Below are positions 24,855 through 38,700 of a stretch of 64,000 nt of DNA, piece after piece. Location: assembly GCF_963921235.1 (NCBI RefSeq), contig NC_086108.1, forward strand, positions 1,178,001 to 1,242,000. The letters are read 5' to 3'. Position numbers and translations under genes: made by a program. Each line of letters starts with the position of its first letter. Positions within the stretch are counted from its first letter, which is position 1. The DNA is from Mobula hypostoma. Lineage: Eukaryota. The notes under the pieces were generated by a model. That model was given only the letters and a program-made list of their open reading frames with translations, was not told the origin of the DNA and did not search any database.

Positions 24855-27844
24855 GTGATTTCCCAAAATGTCAGTCTCAATAAGGATCAAAACAATGACG
24901 TTAACGCAGCCACGAATAACAGTAGAGGAGTCGCGTCCGGCAACGGTAGGAATGAGACTACCAGGGTCATCATCAAGCGAAAACTTCATGTCAGGATAGC
25001 TACGTGGAATATTAGACCTCTTCTTACACGAGGTAAACTAGAAAATGTTGTTATGGAAATGAAAAGACTGAAGATGAACATACTCGGACTATGTGAAATG
25101 AGATGGACGGGGGGGGGTGGCTCAAAAGGGATGACGGATACCAACTGATCTATTCAGGAGGAAGTGAACGTAAGCATGGAGTTGGAATTTTGGTAGACAA
25201 GGAAACAGCAAGAACTATCAAAGGCAGTGTATCCATTAAGAGTGATGATGATTAAAATCTCAGCTAAACCATTTGACATTAACGTCATACAGGCCTATAT
25301 GCCAACCACAGACTATGACGATGATGAAGTCGATATGGTCTATGGAGAAGTTAAAAAGCTAATGAAAAAGACTAAAAACAACGAAGTAACTGTGATTCTT
25401 GGTGATTTTAATACCAAAGTTGGCAGCGTAGGAGAAGTTTTGACTGTAGGACCCTTCGGACTTGGGGAAAGAAATGACCGCGGAGAAAGACTGGTTGAAT
25501 TTGCAAAAACTAACAAACTAGTGATTGCAAACACCTGGTACAGTCTGCCAAAACGGAGACTGTACACGTGCACCAGTCCTGATGGCTCAGTAAAAAACCA
25601 AGCTGACTATATTTTAGTACCCAATCGGTTCAGGAATGGAGTGAAGCAGGTGAAAACGTACCCTGGTGCTGACTATTATACAGATCACAACCCTGGGGTA
25701 TTGGACATGAGTGTGCGTTTGAAGAAGGTGAGAAAGGCCAAACCATCAAATAAGAAAGACCTTGATTTACGCATTACCGATGAAGCAAAAAAGATCAAAT
25801 ATTTGGTCAAAACAGAGACTGGATTTTCGGTCTTAGATAACGGGAGTAGCAACATGGCAGTGGAGAACATCTGGGAAGAGTTTAAAACAACAGTAACAGA
25901 AATTGCGGAAAAGACTTTGGGTTGTCGGAAAAAGAGCAAAAGACATAAGCCTTGGTTCAGCGATGAGTTGAGAAAGTTAAGTGAAGAATGAAGAAAGGCA
26001 AAACATCAGGATAATGAACGCTACAAAGCCCTACACCGCTTGATTCAAAGAAAGTGCAAGGAAGTGAAGAGAATTGGATGAGTGAGCAGTGCGAAGAAAT
26101 TGAGCAGTATGAACCAAGTCATGATTATAGAGGCCTTCACCAGAAGGTAAAGGGTATGATGAAATTAAAGAGGACCGTGCCATCAACTGGGTGTATCGAG
26201 TACAGTGCTGGTAATCCATGCTATGAAAAAGAAGAGATCATGGACAGATGGGTTGAGTACATCTCGGAATTATTTGAAGACAGCAGGATTGAGGATTTAC
26301 CAGAATTAAATCAAATGACTAATCAACCTAAAATATTGATGTCAGAGATGGAAAGTTCGATTCGGAGTCTAAAAGTCAGAAAGGCAGCCGGTGAAGATAA
26401 GATTCCTACTGAAATTCTGAAATCGCTTGGTCCGAAGGGAAAAACGAATCTTTTAGTGATATTAAACAACAGTTATATGACAGGAAATCTTCCGGAGGAC
26501 TTTCTCAAATCAGTATTTATCGCCTTACCAAAAAGCCAAGGATGATAAAATGTAACGAACACAGGATGATAAGCATAATGTCTCACTGCGTCAAGCTACT
26601 GTTGAAAATAGTGTTCGGCAGAATGAAAGGAACAATCAGGAATGAAATTGGAGAAACACAATTTGGTTTTTGTAAAGTCTCAGGAATAAGGGAAGGAATA
26701 TTCGCGTTGAGAAACATCATGGAGAGATGCTTTGAGGCGCAAAAGACCATCTACTTATGCTTTATTGACTATGAAAAGGCTTTTGATAAAGTAAGACAGG
26801 AGAAAGTAATAGAGGTGCTGAACAAGTACGATCTGGGATGGGAGAATGCGCAGATAATAAGGAACTTGTATTGGAAACAGAAAGCGGCGGTCAGGGTAGA
26901 AAATGAGCTATCACCATGGGCATGTATTAAACGAGGCGTAAGGCGAGGCTGTGTTGGATCGCCAGATTTGTTCAACCTCTACGGAGAATGGATTTTTCGG
27001 GAATGTGACCATCAGGAGACAGGTATTCCAATCGGAGGCCAGAAGGTAGATAACATCAGATAAGTGGACGATACCGCTTTGTTAGCCGACAGCGAATGAG
27101 AACTGCAAATTATGCTGAATAAACTGAACAAGAAAAGCCTTGACTAAAACTAAAAATCAACCCTAAGAAAACAAAATCGATGGTGGTAAGCAAACCAAAC
27201 ACTAAAGACTCATTCATGATGGTATCGTTACAAGTGAAGGGACAAGACATTGAACAGGTGCGAAAGTTTGAATATCTTGGCAGTTGTCTGACAGATGATG
27301 GGAGATGTGAGTTGAGATCAGAAGGAGAATAGGTATGGCTTAGACCCAGTTCATGAAGCTAAAAGATCTACTACGCAATCGGAAGGTAGACATCCAAAGT
27401 AGAATCCGCTTCCTTGAGTGTTACGTATGGTCAGTGCTGAGGTCTGGATCAGAAACATGGACCCTGAAGAAGGATGACATGAAACAAATTAATGCTTTTG
27501 AAATGGTGTGCTATCAACGAATGTTGAAGATTAGCTGGGTAGAGAAAGTTTCAAATGAAAGGGTTTTGTCCGAAGTTGATAGACCATGGATGTTGCTGGA
27601 GAAGATTATGAAGTTAAAAGTTGCTTATTGTGGACACGTTATGCGGAGAGATAACATCTTGTTGGACTTGCTATATGGAAAGGTGGAGGGAAGGAAAGGA
27701 AGAGGAAGGCAAGGAACAACGTGGCTGGACAACATCAAGGATTGGTCCAAGCTGGACGAGACTAGGGATGCTCTGGACAAGTGTCGGGACAGAGCGGCGT
27801 GGAGGGAAATCGTCCGCCAACTGGAAATTCCACATGCGACCTAA
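24855..27844 (+). pseudogene. RTE LINE ORF (APE endonuclease + reverse transcriptase), disrupted
   Basis: Motifs: IATWNIR, LGLCEMRW, ILGDFN, NQADYIL, TDHN, KAAGEDKI, QFGF, FIDYEKAFD, RGVRRGCVGSP. The catalytic motif reads *VDD at 27061. RTE-type C-terminus GKVEGRKGRGRQ..W. Several stops and frameshifts. Confidence 0.9.
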
Positions 27845-28362
27845 TGACGATCCATGTACCTATCCAAACTTCTCTTAAACATTAAAATTGAGCTCGCACA
27901 CATCACTTGTGCTGGAAGCTCATTCCACACTCTGAATGAAAAGGTTTCCCCTCATGTTCCCCTTAAAGTTTTCATCTTTCACCATTTAACTTATGACCTC
28001 TGATCGCAGTCCCACCCAACCTCAGTGGAAAAAGCCTGCTTGCGTTTACCCTACCTATACCCCTCATGATCTTTTGTGCCTCTATCATATCTCAGAGGTT
28101 TAGAGGGAGTCTTTGGAAGAATAGTTGGGCCTGAAGGGAAGGGTGGGGGGGTGATGGGGGCAGAGAGCCTCATAACGTTTACCACCGCCAATTAGCCCAC
28201 TGACCCTGCTCATGGCTGAAATACGGAAAGCCGACAGCTCACAGGGAGAGCATACAAACCCCACACAGACAGACGGCGCTGACTGTCAGGTCACTGGTGC
28301 TGGAAGGCAGCAGCACTACCTGCCGCAGTCACAGGGCAAAAAGTGAAAAGAGTAGTACTTGC

Positions 28363-28629
28363 CTCCAGTGGGGGCTCCTCCTCCCACAACGTCCGACACG
28401 CCCAGTGGCTGCACGTCCCCCCGTTGGGCCAGCGGGGAGTGCGGACCCCCGTGGGGGGCTCCCCGGAGACGGGCCGGCCAGGTGCAATCACTCCGCTTGT
28501 GCTCGATGAAGTCGAGGATATGGCAGAGCTGGAAGCTTCGCCCGCACTGGCCGCAGGTCAGCAGGTCCGGGCTGGGGGCGGTGGCCGGCCGCGAGGGCAC
28601 CGGCAGCTCCTCCATCTTCTCGTCCTCAC
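28363..28629 (-). CDS. znf296: Coding exon 2 of the same BCL11/ZNF296-like gene, N-terminal C2HC zinc finger
   Basis: Acceptor CCTTTCCTCACAG|GT is phase-compatible with exon 1 (C+GT=Arg, then EDEKMEE). Encodes [28 protein letters not shown], matching BCL11A [28 protein letters not shown]. The 3' end is placed at the GC donor GAG|GCAAGT (phase 1, 267 nt) and is less certain than the 5' end. Confidence 0.85.
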
Positions 28630-29499
28630 CTGTGAGGAAAGGTGGCACAGACCCCGTCACTGGCTGCACTCCACTCTCATCCCCAGCCCCCTGCCTCATT
28701 GTCCCTTTCCAAACCTCCTCCACACATGACCCCCTCCTCCAGCCCCCATTCCTTTCCTCCCCACTTACCTCAAGCACACCCCTCCCCACACCTTCTCTCC
28801 CGTCCCTTCAACAACCCCTATCCTCCCCTCTCTGTCCCTCAGCCCTCCCTGTACACATTCTCCTCCCTGCACCCTCCCCTCAATTCCCCACCCCTTCCTC
28901 TGCCTCCTCTCCACGTCGCACAAGAGGGTAAGAAAACTGTACACAGCAAGATCCCGGGCACCGGGTGAGGTGGGGTGCTGTGTGTGGGGGAATCCATAAC
29001 CTCTGTGGCTAGTGTGGTGCGTGGGACATTTTTATGTCTCTGCTTTGACCTCTCAACCGTCAGGCACGAAGATCAGAAGTCAGGGCCGTATGAGGCTCCT
29101 TGGGGTCTTTGTCAAACGGGGCTTGAAGCCCCACCTCTGGGTACTGCGGTGGGAGCTGAACCTGCCTATGCCACATCGCTACGTTGAGAGACAGATAGTA
29201 ATCAGCGAGTCGGTTTATTATTGTCACGCATGCTGAGGTACGGTGAAAACGTTTGTTTTACGAGCCATCCATAAAGATCACATCAGTAAAATCAAGAACA
29301 GAATGCAGAATAAAGTGTTACATTTTCAGAGGAACCGCAGTGCAGCTGGGCGAGGTCCATGAGAAGGTAGAGCGTGAGGTCAAGAGTCACCTGATCATTA
29401 TAGGGAACCATTCAATAGTCCCATATCAGTGGGGTGGGCGTCATCCTGGAGCCCGGTGGGGCCTGCTTTCAGACATTCCTGTTTTCTGCCCCATGGCAG

Positions 29500-29850
29500 G
29501 GTGGATGTGTGTCACTACCAACGGAGGTGTAAGGCACCCCTTCCCTCTACTAGCCTGCAGGTCACTCTGGGCAGGGTGTAGCACCTGCTCAGCCCCCCGA
29601 TCGTGGTCAGGCAAAGCCACGGGAGCAGATGGTGGATGGCCGTAAGAGCAGCCAGTGTATCTCACAAGTCCTGGTTATGCCCCCACTGACACCAGGCAGA
29701 CAACCTCTGAAGAGTATTGATAATGGCTGGGGTCACTCTCTTGTAAAGACGCAGCCCAGAGAAGGCAATGGCAAACCACTTCTGTAGAAAAATTTGCCAA
29801 GAGCAATCACAGATTTGGAAAGACCACGATCGCCCACATCATAATGATGG
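29500..29850 (+). mobile_element. Non-autonomous RTE-derived element (family A)
   Basis: Contains the BovB/RTE 5' motif GAAGGCAATGGCAAACCACT. Homologous minus-strand copies at about 19340-19770, 43800-44130 and 58985-59370. Confidence 0.65.
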
Positions 29851-30369
29851 GAGAGACGAGAGAATACCTGGGTTTGGCGGGGTCTTTGATGAGGCTGACT
29901 TCTTTACTGAGGCAGTGAGAAGTACAGACAGGGCCCATGGTGAGGAGGGTGGAGCCCATGATGTGTCCATAGCACTACAGTTTTTCAGGGTCTGAGGCAC
30001 AGCAGTGTTGTATCCAGACAGGATCCTTTCCGGAAGGCATCTCTACAAATTGGTGAAGGTCAATGGGGTCATGGCAAATCTCTGGGTTGGGGGGGGCGGG
30101 GTCTTTGATGCACTGGCAGCAAGATGTGCAGACAGAACCCATTGCCTGTAACATTTGGTATCTGAGTCAGCACTGTCAAGGATCTGCCTTCTGCTCAGCC
30201 TTCCCCCGCCCACCCGTTCACTTCTATTCCTTGTTGGGATCCATTCCCCTGTTTCTGCTCAGACACTGGACAGATTCAGGCCCCAGGACAGTCCCATCGA
30301 CCCAAGCTCAAAATGACCAGCACCCCTGAATCAAAGCACACCCCTTGGTCCAATCTCCACAAGACATTT

Positions 30370-31475
30370 GAAACTAATCAGTAAACTCCAAGACCTGGGC
30401 CTCCATACCCCCAGTGCAATTAGATCCTGGATTTTCTCACTTGTTGACTCCAGTCAATTCAGACTGGCAAAAACATCTCCTCCACAGTCTCCACGAGCAC
30501 AGGAGCACCACAGGGATGTGTACTTAGCCTCCTGCTCTATTCGCTTTACACCTGTGACTGTGTGGCCAAACACCATATACAAGTTTGCTGATGACACCGC
30601 TGTTGTGGGTGGTGATGAATCAGCCCACTGGAGGGAGATTGAAAACTCGGCTGAGGGGTGTAATAACAACAACCTCTCACTCAATGTCAATGAGACCAGG
30701 GAACTGACTGCGGACTTCAGTAGAGGGAAACCAGAGGTCCATGAGCCAGTCCTCATCAGAGGATCAGAGGTGGAGAGGGTCAGTAACTTTAAATTCCGGG
30801 TGTCACTATCTCAGAGGAGCTGTCCTGGACCCGTCATATAAATGTAATTGCAAAGAAAGCACGCCAGTGCCTCTACTCCTCAGGAATCTGTGGAGATTTA
30901 GCATGTCATCAAAAAGCTTGGCAAACTTCTATAGATGTGTGGTGGAAAGTGTATTGACTGGCTGAATTACAGCCTGGTGTGGGAAGAGTGCCTTTCAGTG
31001 GAAAATCCTACAAAAGGTAGTGAATGTGGGCCCAGTACATCACGGGTAAAACCTCCCAACCACTGAGCACGTCGACATGTACTGGATTGTAGAAAAGCAG
31101 CATCCATCATCAAAGATCCTCACCACCCAGGCCACCAGGCCATGCTCTTGTCTCACTGTTGCCATCAGGCAGAAGGTACGGGAGCCTCAGGACAAACGCC
31201 ACCAGGTTCAGGAACAGTTACTAACCCTCAACCATCAGGCTCTTGAACAAAAGGGGAAAGCTATACTCATTTAAGGACTCTGTTATATTGTTACTTCATG
31301 TTTGTTATTTATTTATATTTGCATTTGCAGTTTATTTACACTTTACCGTTCCTGATGTTTACAGTTTACAGTTACTGCTCTGTAAATCTGCTAAGTATGC
31401 CTGCAGGAAAAGAATCTCAGGGTTGTATGTGGTGACATGTATGAACTCTGATAATAAATTTTACTTCGAACTTTG
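30370..31475 (+). mobile_element. Rex1/Babar LINE 3' fragment including the RT end
   Basis: GAPQGCVLS region, YKFADD, NLSLNVNETREL and FYRCVVESVLTG. Confidence 0.75.
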
Positions 31476-31789
31476 ACACCACTTTCCCAAAAAATCTCCC
31501 AAAAATATTGAAATCTGTATTCTAAGAGCCAAATACTAAACACCCAGCCATTAGATTTCTGAACGGTCCACAAACCCACAACATTACCTCACTACTTTTT
31601 ACTCTTTTTGCCCTATTTATTTATTAATCTGAGCAGTACAGTCGCATACCAGTTAGTGTAATGGTATTTATTGTGATATGGCATGGAACAGGCCCTTCTT
31701 CCAGCCACACCACCCAGTAATGCTCCGATTTAATCCTAGCCTAATCACAGGAGAACTTACAATGACCAATTAACCCACCAACTGGTACA

Positions 31790-32665
31790 TCTTCTCGCTG
31801 CCTTAACAGGGATAGAGTTCCTCTCGTCCTCACCTACCATGAGTCTTCACATTCAACACATCATCCTCCGCTACTGCCAAATTCAACAGGATCCTAACAT
31901 CAGACACATTTTTACCTTTCTCCCACTGTCCAATTTCCGCAAGGATCGCTCACTCGCTGATTACCTTGTCGATTCGTCCCTCCAAACTCATCTCTCTGCT
32001 TGTACATATCCCTGCAAACGACCATAATGCTATGGCTGCCCATTCACCTGCTTCCTTACCATCTTTCAAAGCCCCAGACAGTCCTTCCAGATGAGGCAAT
32101 ACTTCAACTGGGAATCTATTAGGGACGACTACCGTATCCTGCACTCCCATTGCAGACTCATCTACACTGGTGAGACCTGACGCAGACTGGGGACTGCTTT
32201 GTTGAGCACCTCTGCTCCACCCACCAAGAGCAGAATTTCCCTGTGGCCAAGCGTTTTAATTCTTATCTGCATTCCCATTCTAACATGTCAGTCCACGGCC
32301 TCCTCTTTCGCCAGGATGAGGCCACCCTCAGCGTGAAGGAGCAACACCTTATACTCTGGGTGATCTTCAACCTGGTGGCATGAATATCGATGTCTCCTTT
32401 TCATTACAATTATTTCCCTCCCCCTTCTCTGTTCTTCTGTTCCTCACTCTCACCTGGCTATCACCTCTCCCCCGGTTCCCCTCCTACCCTTTCTCCCATG
32501 GTCCACTCTCCTCTCACCCCACCTTTTTTTTTAATTTTGGCATCTTCCCCCTTCCTCCTCAGTCCGGAAGAAGGGTCTCGGCCCAAAACATCGTCTCTAC
32601 TCTTTTCCATAGATGCTGGCTGACCTGGATTCTCCAGCATTTTTTATGTGTTGCTCTGGATTTCC
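31790..32665 (+). mobile_element. Older Penelope-like fragment
   Basis: Degenerate GIY-YIG (ATCTACACTGGTGAGACC..CGCAGACTGGGG) and a degenerate hammerhead near 32560-32597. Confidence 0.7.
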
Positions 32666-33109
32666 AGTATGTTGCAATATGTAACTTTTTTAAGTAACTA
32701 TAAATTACAATAAGCAATATATATATGAAATAAATAAGTGGAGCAAAAATAGAGTGAAAAAAGAAAAAAAGGATTAAAAATAGTGAGGATGCGTACATGA
32801 GTTCATTGCCCATTCAGAAATCTGATAATCTGAAATCTGAAGTGTCTGTTCCTAAAACATCGAGTTGCAGATAATAAACCTGTTTCTGATTCTGATCGTG
32901 TAATCAGTGCCTGCGTCTGTGTTCCATCTTCGAGCAGGAACCTCACTTTCCTATCTCGGCTGGCCCCCACTCCCTCCCAGTTTCCAGCTTCATCAATCCC
33001 CTCCCCACTAGAGGCAATTAAACCTTTTCCCCCAGACATTTCCAGCACACCACCAGCTCTAGGGAGGCTGCAAAGGACACCAGGAACAATAAACCTCACT
33101 ACAGTGGGA

Positions 33110-33610
33110 CACACGGAGAGCTGGAGGAACTCAGCAGGTCAGGCAGCATCTCTGGAAATAAACAGACAGTCGATGTTTCAGGCCAAGACCCTTCTTCAGG
33201 ACTGGAAAAGCAGGGGGCAGACGCCAGAATAAAAAGGTGTGGGGGGGGGAGGGAGGAGACTAGCTGGAAGGTGATGGGTGAAGCCAGGTTGGGGGGGCGG
33301 GGGTAAAGGGCTGGAGAAGAAGCAATCTGATAGGAGAGGAGAGTGGATCATGGGAGAAAGGGAAGGCGGAGAAGACCCCGGGGAATGTGATAGGCAGGTG
33401 AGAAGTGAAAGGTCAGAGTGGGGAATAGAGAAAGCAGGGGGGTGGGGGGGGGATTTGTTTCCTGGAAGAAGAAATCAATACTTATGCCATCAGGTTGGAG
33501 GTTAGCCAGATCAAATACAAGGTGTTGCTCCTCCACCATGAGGGTAGCCTCATCTTGTCAGAGGAGGCGGCCATGGACCAACACGTCGGAATGGGAATGG
33601 GGATTAAAAT
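33110..33610 (-). mobile_element. Penelope-like 3' fragment with hammerhead at 33167-33204
   Basis: VEEQHLVFDLANLQPDGISIDF; the reverse complement reads CAGTC-CTGAAGA-AGGGTCTTGGCCT-GAAA-CATC-GACTG. Confidence 0.7.
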
Positions 33611-34264
33611 GGTGGGTGCCTGAAATGCGCTTGCGGAGATGGTGATGTGGGCAGACACGATGGCGGTGTGCGGCGAATGTAGGGCGAAGGACATTATGTG
33701 GGCAGGTTAGGGCAGCAGTTAGTCCAGCACGTTATAGCACCAGACAGCCCCGATCAGAAGCAATGATTCCTAACGCTGTCAGTATGGTATTTGTGCACTT
33801 CCCCCCCCATGAGTGTGCAGGTTCCCTCAGGGTGTTCTATGCAGTCCGACCCTACGTCCCCGTCCAGAGAGGTGGAAATGGGTACGGCTGGCCAACAGGG
33901 CTCTGGTGAAGCTATACAGACCAATTCCCTGTACTGTGGATGCAGAAATGTTGATGAACTCCAACAATACCATCAACTTTGGACAAGGGAGATGACAGGT
34001 CATCAATCCCCTATGCTCTACTGGGAGCCAAGGGCCCAAGTGCGTAAGTCACAAACACACACACACACACAACCATCAGCTCCCCTTTGACCCTTCTGCC
34101 ATTTATCTACACCAGGACAGCTGTGAACGTCTTTGGGATGTGAGAGTGGAAAATGGTTTGAGGGAGGATGTACAAACTAGACACATCGCCAGGGATCGGG
34201 ATTGAACCTGGGTTGCTGGAACCGTGAGACTGAGCCAAACCCGACCCCCACCCCCCACCACTAT

Positions 34265-35125
34265 AGGCAGGATCTCAGATGGTGATGAGAGGGCGTACAG
34301 GAGTGAGATAAATCAGCTGTTTGATTAGTGTCACAGCAACAACCTTGCAATGTCAGTAAGACAAGAGATTTGATTGTGATCTCCAGAAAGAGTAAGACAA
34401 GGGAACACACACCAGTCCTCACTGAGAGATCAGAAGTGGAAAGGGTGAGCAATTTCAAGTTCCTGGTGTCAACATCTCTGAGGACCTGTCCTGATCCCAA
34501 AATATCAATGAAGCTACAAAGAAGGCATGACAGCAGCTACATTTCATGAAGAGTTTGAGGAGATTTGGTATGTCACCAAAAACACTCAAAATTTTCCACA
34601 GATGTACCATGGAGAGCATTCTAATTGGCTGCATCGCTGGTATGGTGGGGGGGGGGGCTATTGCAGAGGATTGAAATAAGCTGCAGAGTTGTAAACTTAG
34701 TCATCTGCATCAGGAGTACTAGCCTCCATAGTATCTGGCACATCTTCAAGCAGCGGTGCCTCAGGAAGGTGGTGTCTGTCATTGAGGACCCCCACCACCC
34801 AGGACGTGCCCTCTTCACATTGCTACCATCAGGAAGCAGGTACAGGAGCCTGAAGGCACACACTTAATACGATTCAGGAACAGCTTCTTCCCCTCTGTTA
34901 TCAGATTTCTGAATAGACACTGAACCCCTGAACACTACCTCACTACTTTTTTTTTGTTTTTGCATGACTATTCTTAATTTTTCTATTTAACATACATACA
35001 TATACTTATTGTAATTCATTCATTTATGTTTTTCCTCTATTTACCATGTGTTGGATTGGACTGCCGCTGCAAAGTTAACTAATTTCACGTCATATGCTGG
35101 TGATATTAAACCTAATTCTGATTCT
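34265..35125 (+). mobile_element. Rex1/Babar LINE 3' fragment
   Basis: NVSKTRDLIV..VERVSNFKFL; DPHHPGRALFTLLPSGSRYRSL. Confidence 0.75.
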
Positions 35126-35754
35126 TTATAAACCCCCCGTTAGGGTGTATCTACAACACTACATTCAACCCTGTGCTACCTGGCTTTGGAAATTACCTCT
35201 TGCAGGAGTCATCAGTTGCTACAGAGATTGGGGTTCTTCTCACAATGGAGAGGGTTTAGGGAGGGGGTGGAGTGTGCTCAAAAATCACGAGGACCTTTGA
35301 GCAGGTGAACCCAAACAACTGATCATCGACTATGGGAGGAAGAAACCAGACAGGTCCATGGGCTGGACCTCACTCAGGGATCAAGGTGGAAAAGGGTGAG
35401 AAGCTTTAAATTCCTTGGTGTTATCATAACAGAGAGTCTGTCCTGGAACCATCATAAAGAAGGCAGGGCAGCACCTCAGAAAATCACCTAAAACTCTGAC
35501 AAACTTCTATAGATACACAGTGGAGAGTGTCTTGACTGGTTGCATCACAGCCTACTGTGGAAATACAATATCCAGGAATGGAAAAGACTACAGAGAGTGG
35601 TAGATGTAAGCTTCATCCGTCACAGGAAAAGCCCTCCCCGCCATTGAGCATATCGAAACAGAGCACTGCCGCAAGGAAGGAGAATCCATTATCAATCACC
35701 CTACCATCCAGGCCACGCCCTCTTCTCACTATGACTATCGAGCAGGAGGTGCAG

Positions 35755-38700
35755 GAGCCTCAGGTCCCACACCACCAGGTTCAGGAACAGTTATTACCCC
35801 ACAACCATCAGGCTCCTGAACCAGTGTGGATAACTTCACTCACCACAATGAGCCTCAGGTCCCACACCACTAGGTTCAGGAACAGTTATTACCCCTCAAC
35901 CATCAGGCTCCTGAACCAGTGTGGATAACTTCACTCACCACAATTAGCCTCAGGTCCCACACCACCAGGTTCAGGAACAGTTATTACCCCACAACCATCA
36001 GGCTCCTGAACCAGTGTGGATAACTTCACTCACCACAATGAGCCTCAGGTCCCACACCACTAGGTTCAGGAACAGTTATTACCCCTCAACCATCAGGCTC
36101 CTGAACCAGTGTGGATAACATCACTCACCACAATGAGCCTCAGGTCCCACACCACCAGGTTCAGGAACAGTTATTACCCCTCAACCATCAGGCTCCTGAA
36201 CCAGTGTGGATAACTTCACTCACCACAATGAGCCTCAGGTCCCACACCACCAGGTTCAGGAACAGTTATTACCCCACAACCATCAGGCTCCTGAACCAGT
36301 GTGGATAACTTCACTCACCACAATGAGCCTCAGGTCCCACACCACCAGGTTCAGGAACAGTTATTACCCCACAACCATCAGGCTCCTGAACCAGTGTGGA
36401 TAACTTCACTCACCACAATGAGCCTCAGGTCCCACACCACTAGGTTCAGGAACAGTTATTACCCCTCAACCATCAGGCTCCTGAACCAGTGTGGATAACT
36501 TCACTCACCACAATGAGCCTCCGGGCCCACACCACCAGGTTCAGGAACAGTTATTACCCCACAACCATCAGGCTCCTGAACCAGTGTGGATAACTTCACT
36601 CACCACAATGAGCCTCCGGGCCCACACCACCAGGTTCAGGAACAGTTATTACCCCACAACCATCAGGCTCCTGAACCAGTGTGGATAACTTCACTCACCA
36701 CAATGAGCCTCAGGTCCCACACCACTAGGTTCAGGAACAGTTATTACCCCACAACCATCAGGCTCCTGAACCAGTGTGGATAACATCACTCACCACAATG
36801 AGCCTCAGGTCCCACACCACCAGGTTCAGGAACAGTTATTACCCCTCAACCATCAGGCTCCTGAACCAGTGTGGATAACTTCACTCACCACAATGAGCCT
36901 CAGGTCCCACACCACCAGGTTCAGGAACAGTTATTACCCCACAACCATCAGGCTCCTGAGCCAGTGTGGATAACTTCACTCACCACAATGAGCCTCAGGT
37001 CCCACACCACCAGGTTCAGGAATAGTTATTACCCCACAACCATCAGGCTCCTGAACCAGTGTGGATAACTTCACTCACCACAATGAGCCTCAGGTCCCAC
37101 ACCACCAGGTTCAGGAACAGTTGTTACCCCACAACTATCAGGCTACTGAACCAGTGTGGATAACTTCACTCACCACAATGAGCCTCAGGTCCCACACCAC
37201 CAGGTTCAGGAGCAGTTATTACCGCACAACCATCAGGCTCCTGAACCAGTGTGGATAACTTCACTCACCACAATGAGCCTCAGGTCCCACACCACCAGGT
37301 TCAGGAACAGTTATTACCCCACAACCATCAGGCTCCTGAACCAGTGTGGATAACTTCACTCACCACAATGAGCCTCAGGTCCCACACCACTAGGTTCAGG
37401 AACAGTTATTACCCCTCAACCATCAGGCTCCTGAACCAGTGTGGATAACTTCACTCACCACAATGAGCCTCCGGGCCCACACCACCAGGTTCAGGAACAG
37501 TTATTACCCCACAACCATCAGGCTCCTGAACCAGTGTGGATAACTTCACTCACCACAATGAGCCTCCGGGCCCACACCACCAGGTTCAGGAACAGTTATT
37601 ACCCCACAACCATCAGGCTCCTGAACCAGTGTGGATAACTTCACTCACCACAATGAGCCTCAGGTCCCACACCACTAGGTTCAGGAACAGTTATTACCCC
37701 ACAACCATCAGGCTCCTGAACCAGTGTGGATAACATCACTCACCACAATGAGCCTCAGGTCCCACACCACCAGGTTCAGGAACAGTTATTACCCCTCAAC
37801 CATCAGGCTCCTGAACCAGTGTGGATAACTTCACTCACCACAATGAGCCTCAGGTCCCACACCACCAGGTTCAGGAACAGTTATTACCCCACAACCATCA
37901 GGCTCCTGAGCCAGTGTGGATAACTTCACTCACCACAATGAGCCTCAGGTCCCACACCACCAGGTTCAGGAATAGTTATTACCCCACAACCATCAGGCTC
38001 CTGAACCAGTGTGGATAACTTCACTCACCACAATGAGCCTCAGGTCCCACACCACCAGGTTCAGGAACAGTTGTTACCCCACAACTATCAGGCTACTGAA
38101 CCAGTGTGGATAACTTCACTCACCACAATGAGCCTCAGGTCCCACACCACCAGGTTCAGGAGCAGTTATTACCGCACAACCATCAGGCTCCTGAACCAGT
38201 GTGGATAACTTCACTCACCACAATGAGCCTCAGGTCCCACACCACCAGGTTCAGGAACAGTTATTACCCCACAACCATCAGGCTCCTGAACCAGTGTGGA
38301 TAACTTCACTCACCACAATGAGCCTCAGGTCCCACACCACCAGGTTCAGGAACAGTTATTACCCCACAACCATCAGGCTCCTGAACCAGTGTGGATAACT
38401 TCACTCACCACAATGAGCCTCAGGTCCCACACCACCAGGTTCAGGAATAGTTATTACCCCACAACCATCAGGCTCCTGAACCAGTGTGAATAACTTCACT
38501 CACCACAATGAGCCTCAGGTCCCACACCACCAGGTTCAGGAACAGTTGTTACCCCACAACTATCAGGCTCCTGAACCAGTGTGGATAACTTCACTCACCA
38601 CAATGAGCCTCAGGTCCCACACCACCAGGTTCAGGAACTGTTATTACCCCACAACCATCAGGCTCCTGAACCAGTGTGGATAACTTCACTCGCCACAATG

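Larger units (their letters stand above)
24013..27849 (+). mobile_element. Composite retro-insertion: AP3B2 5' segment plus near full-length RTE-clade LINE
   Basis: TSD ATCCGTGTACC (24002-24012) / ATCCATGTACC (27850-27860). The interrupted CR1-type 3' tail resumes after 27860. Confidence 0.85.
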
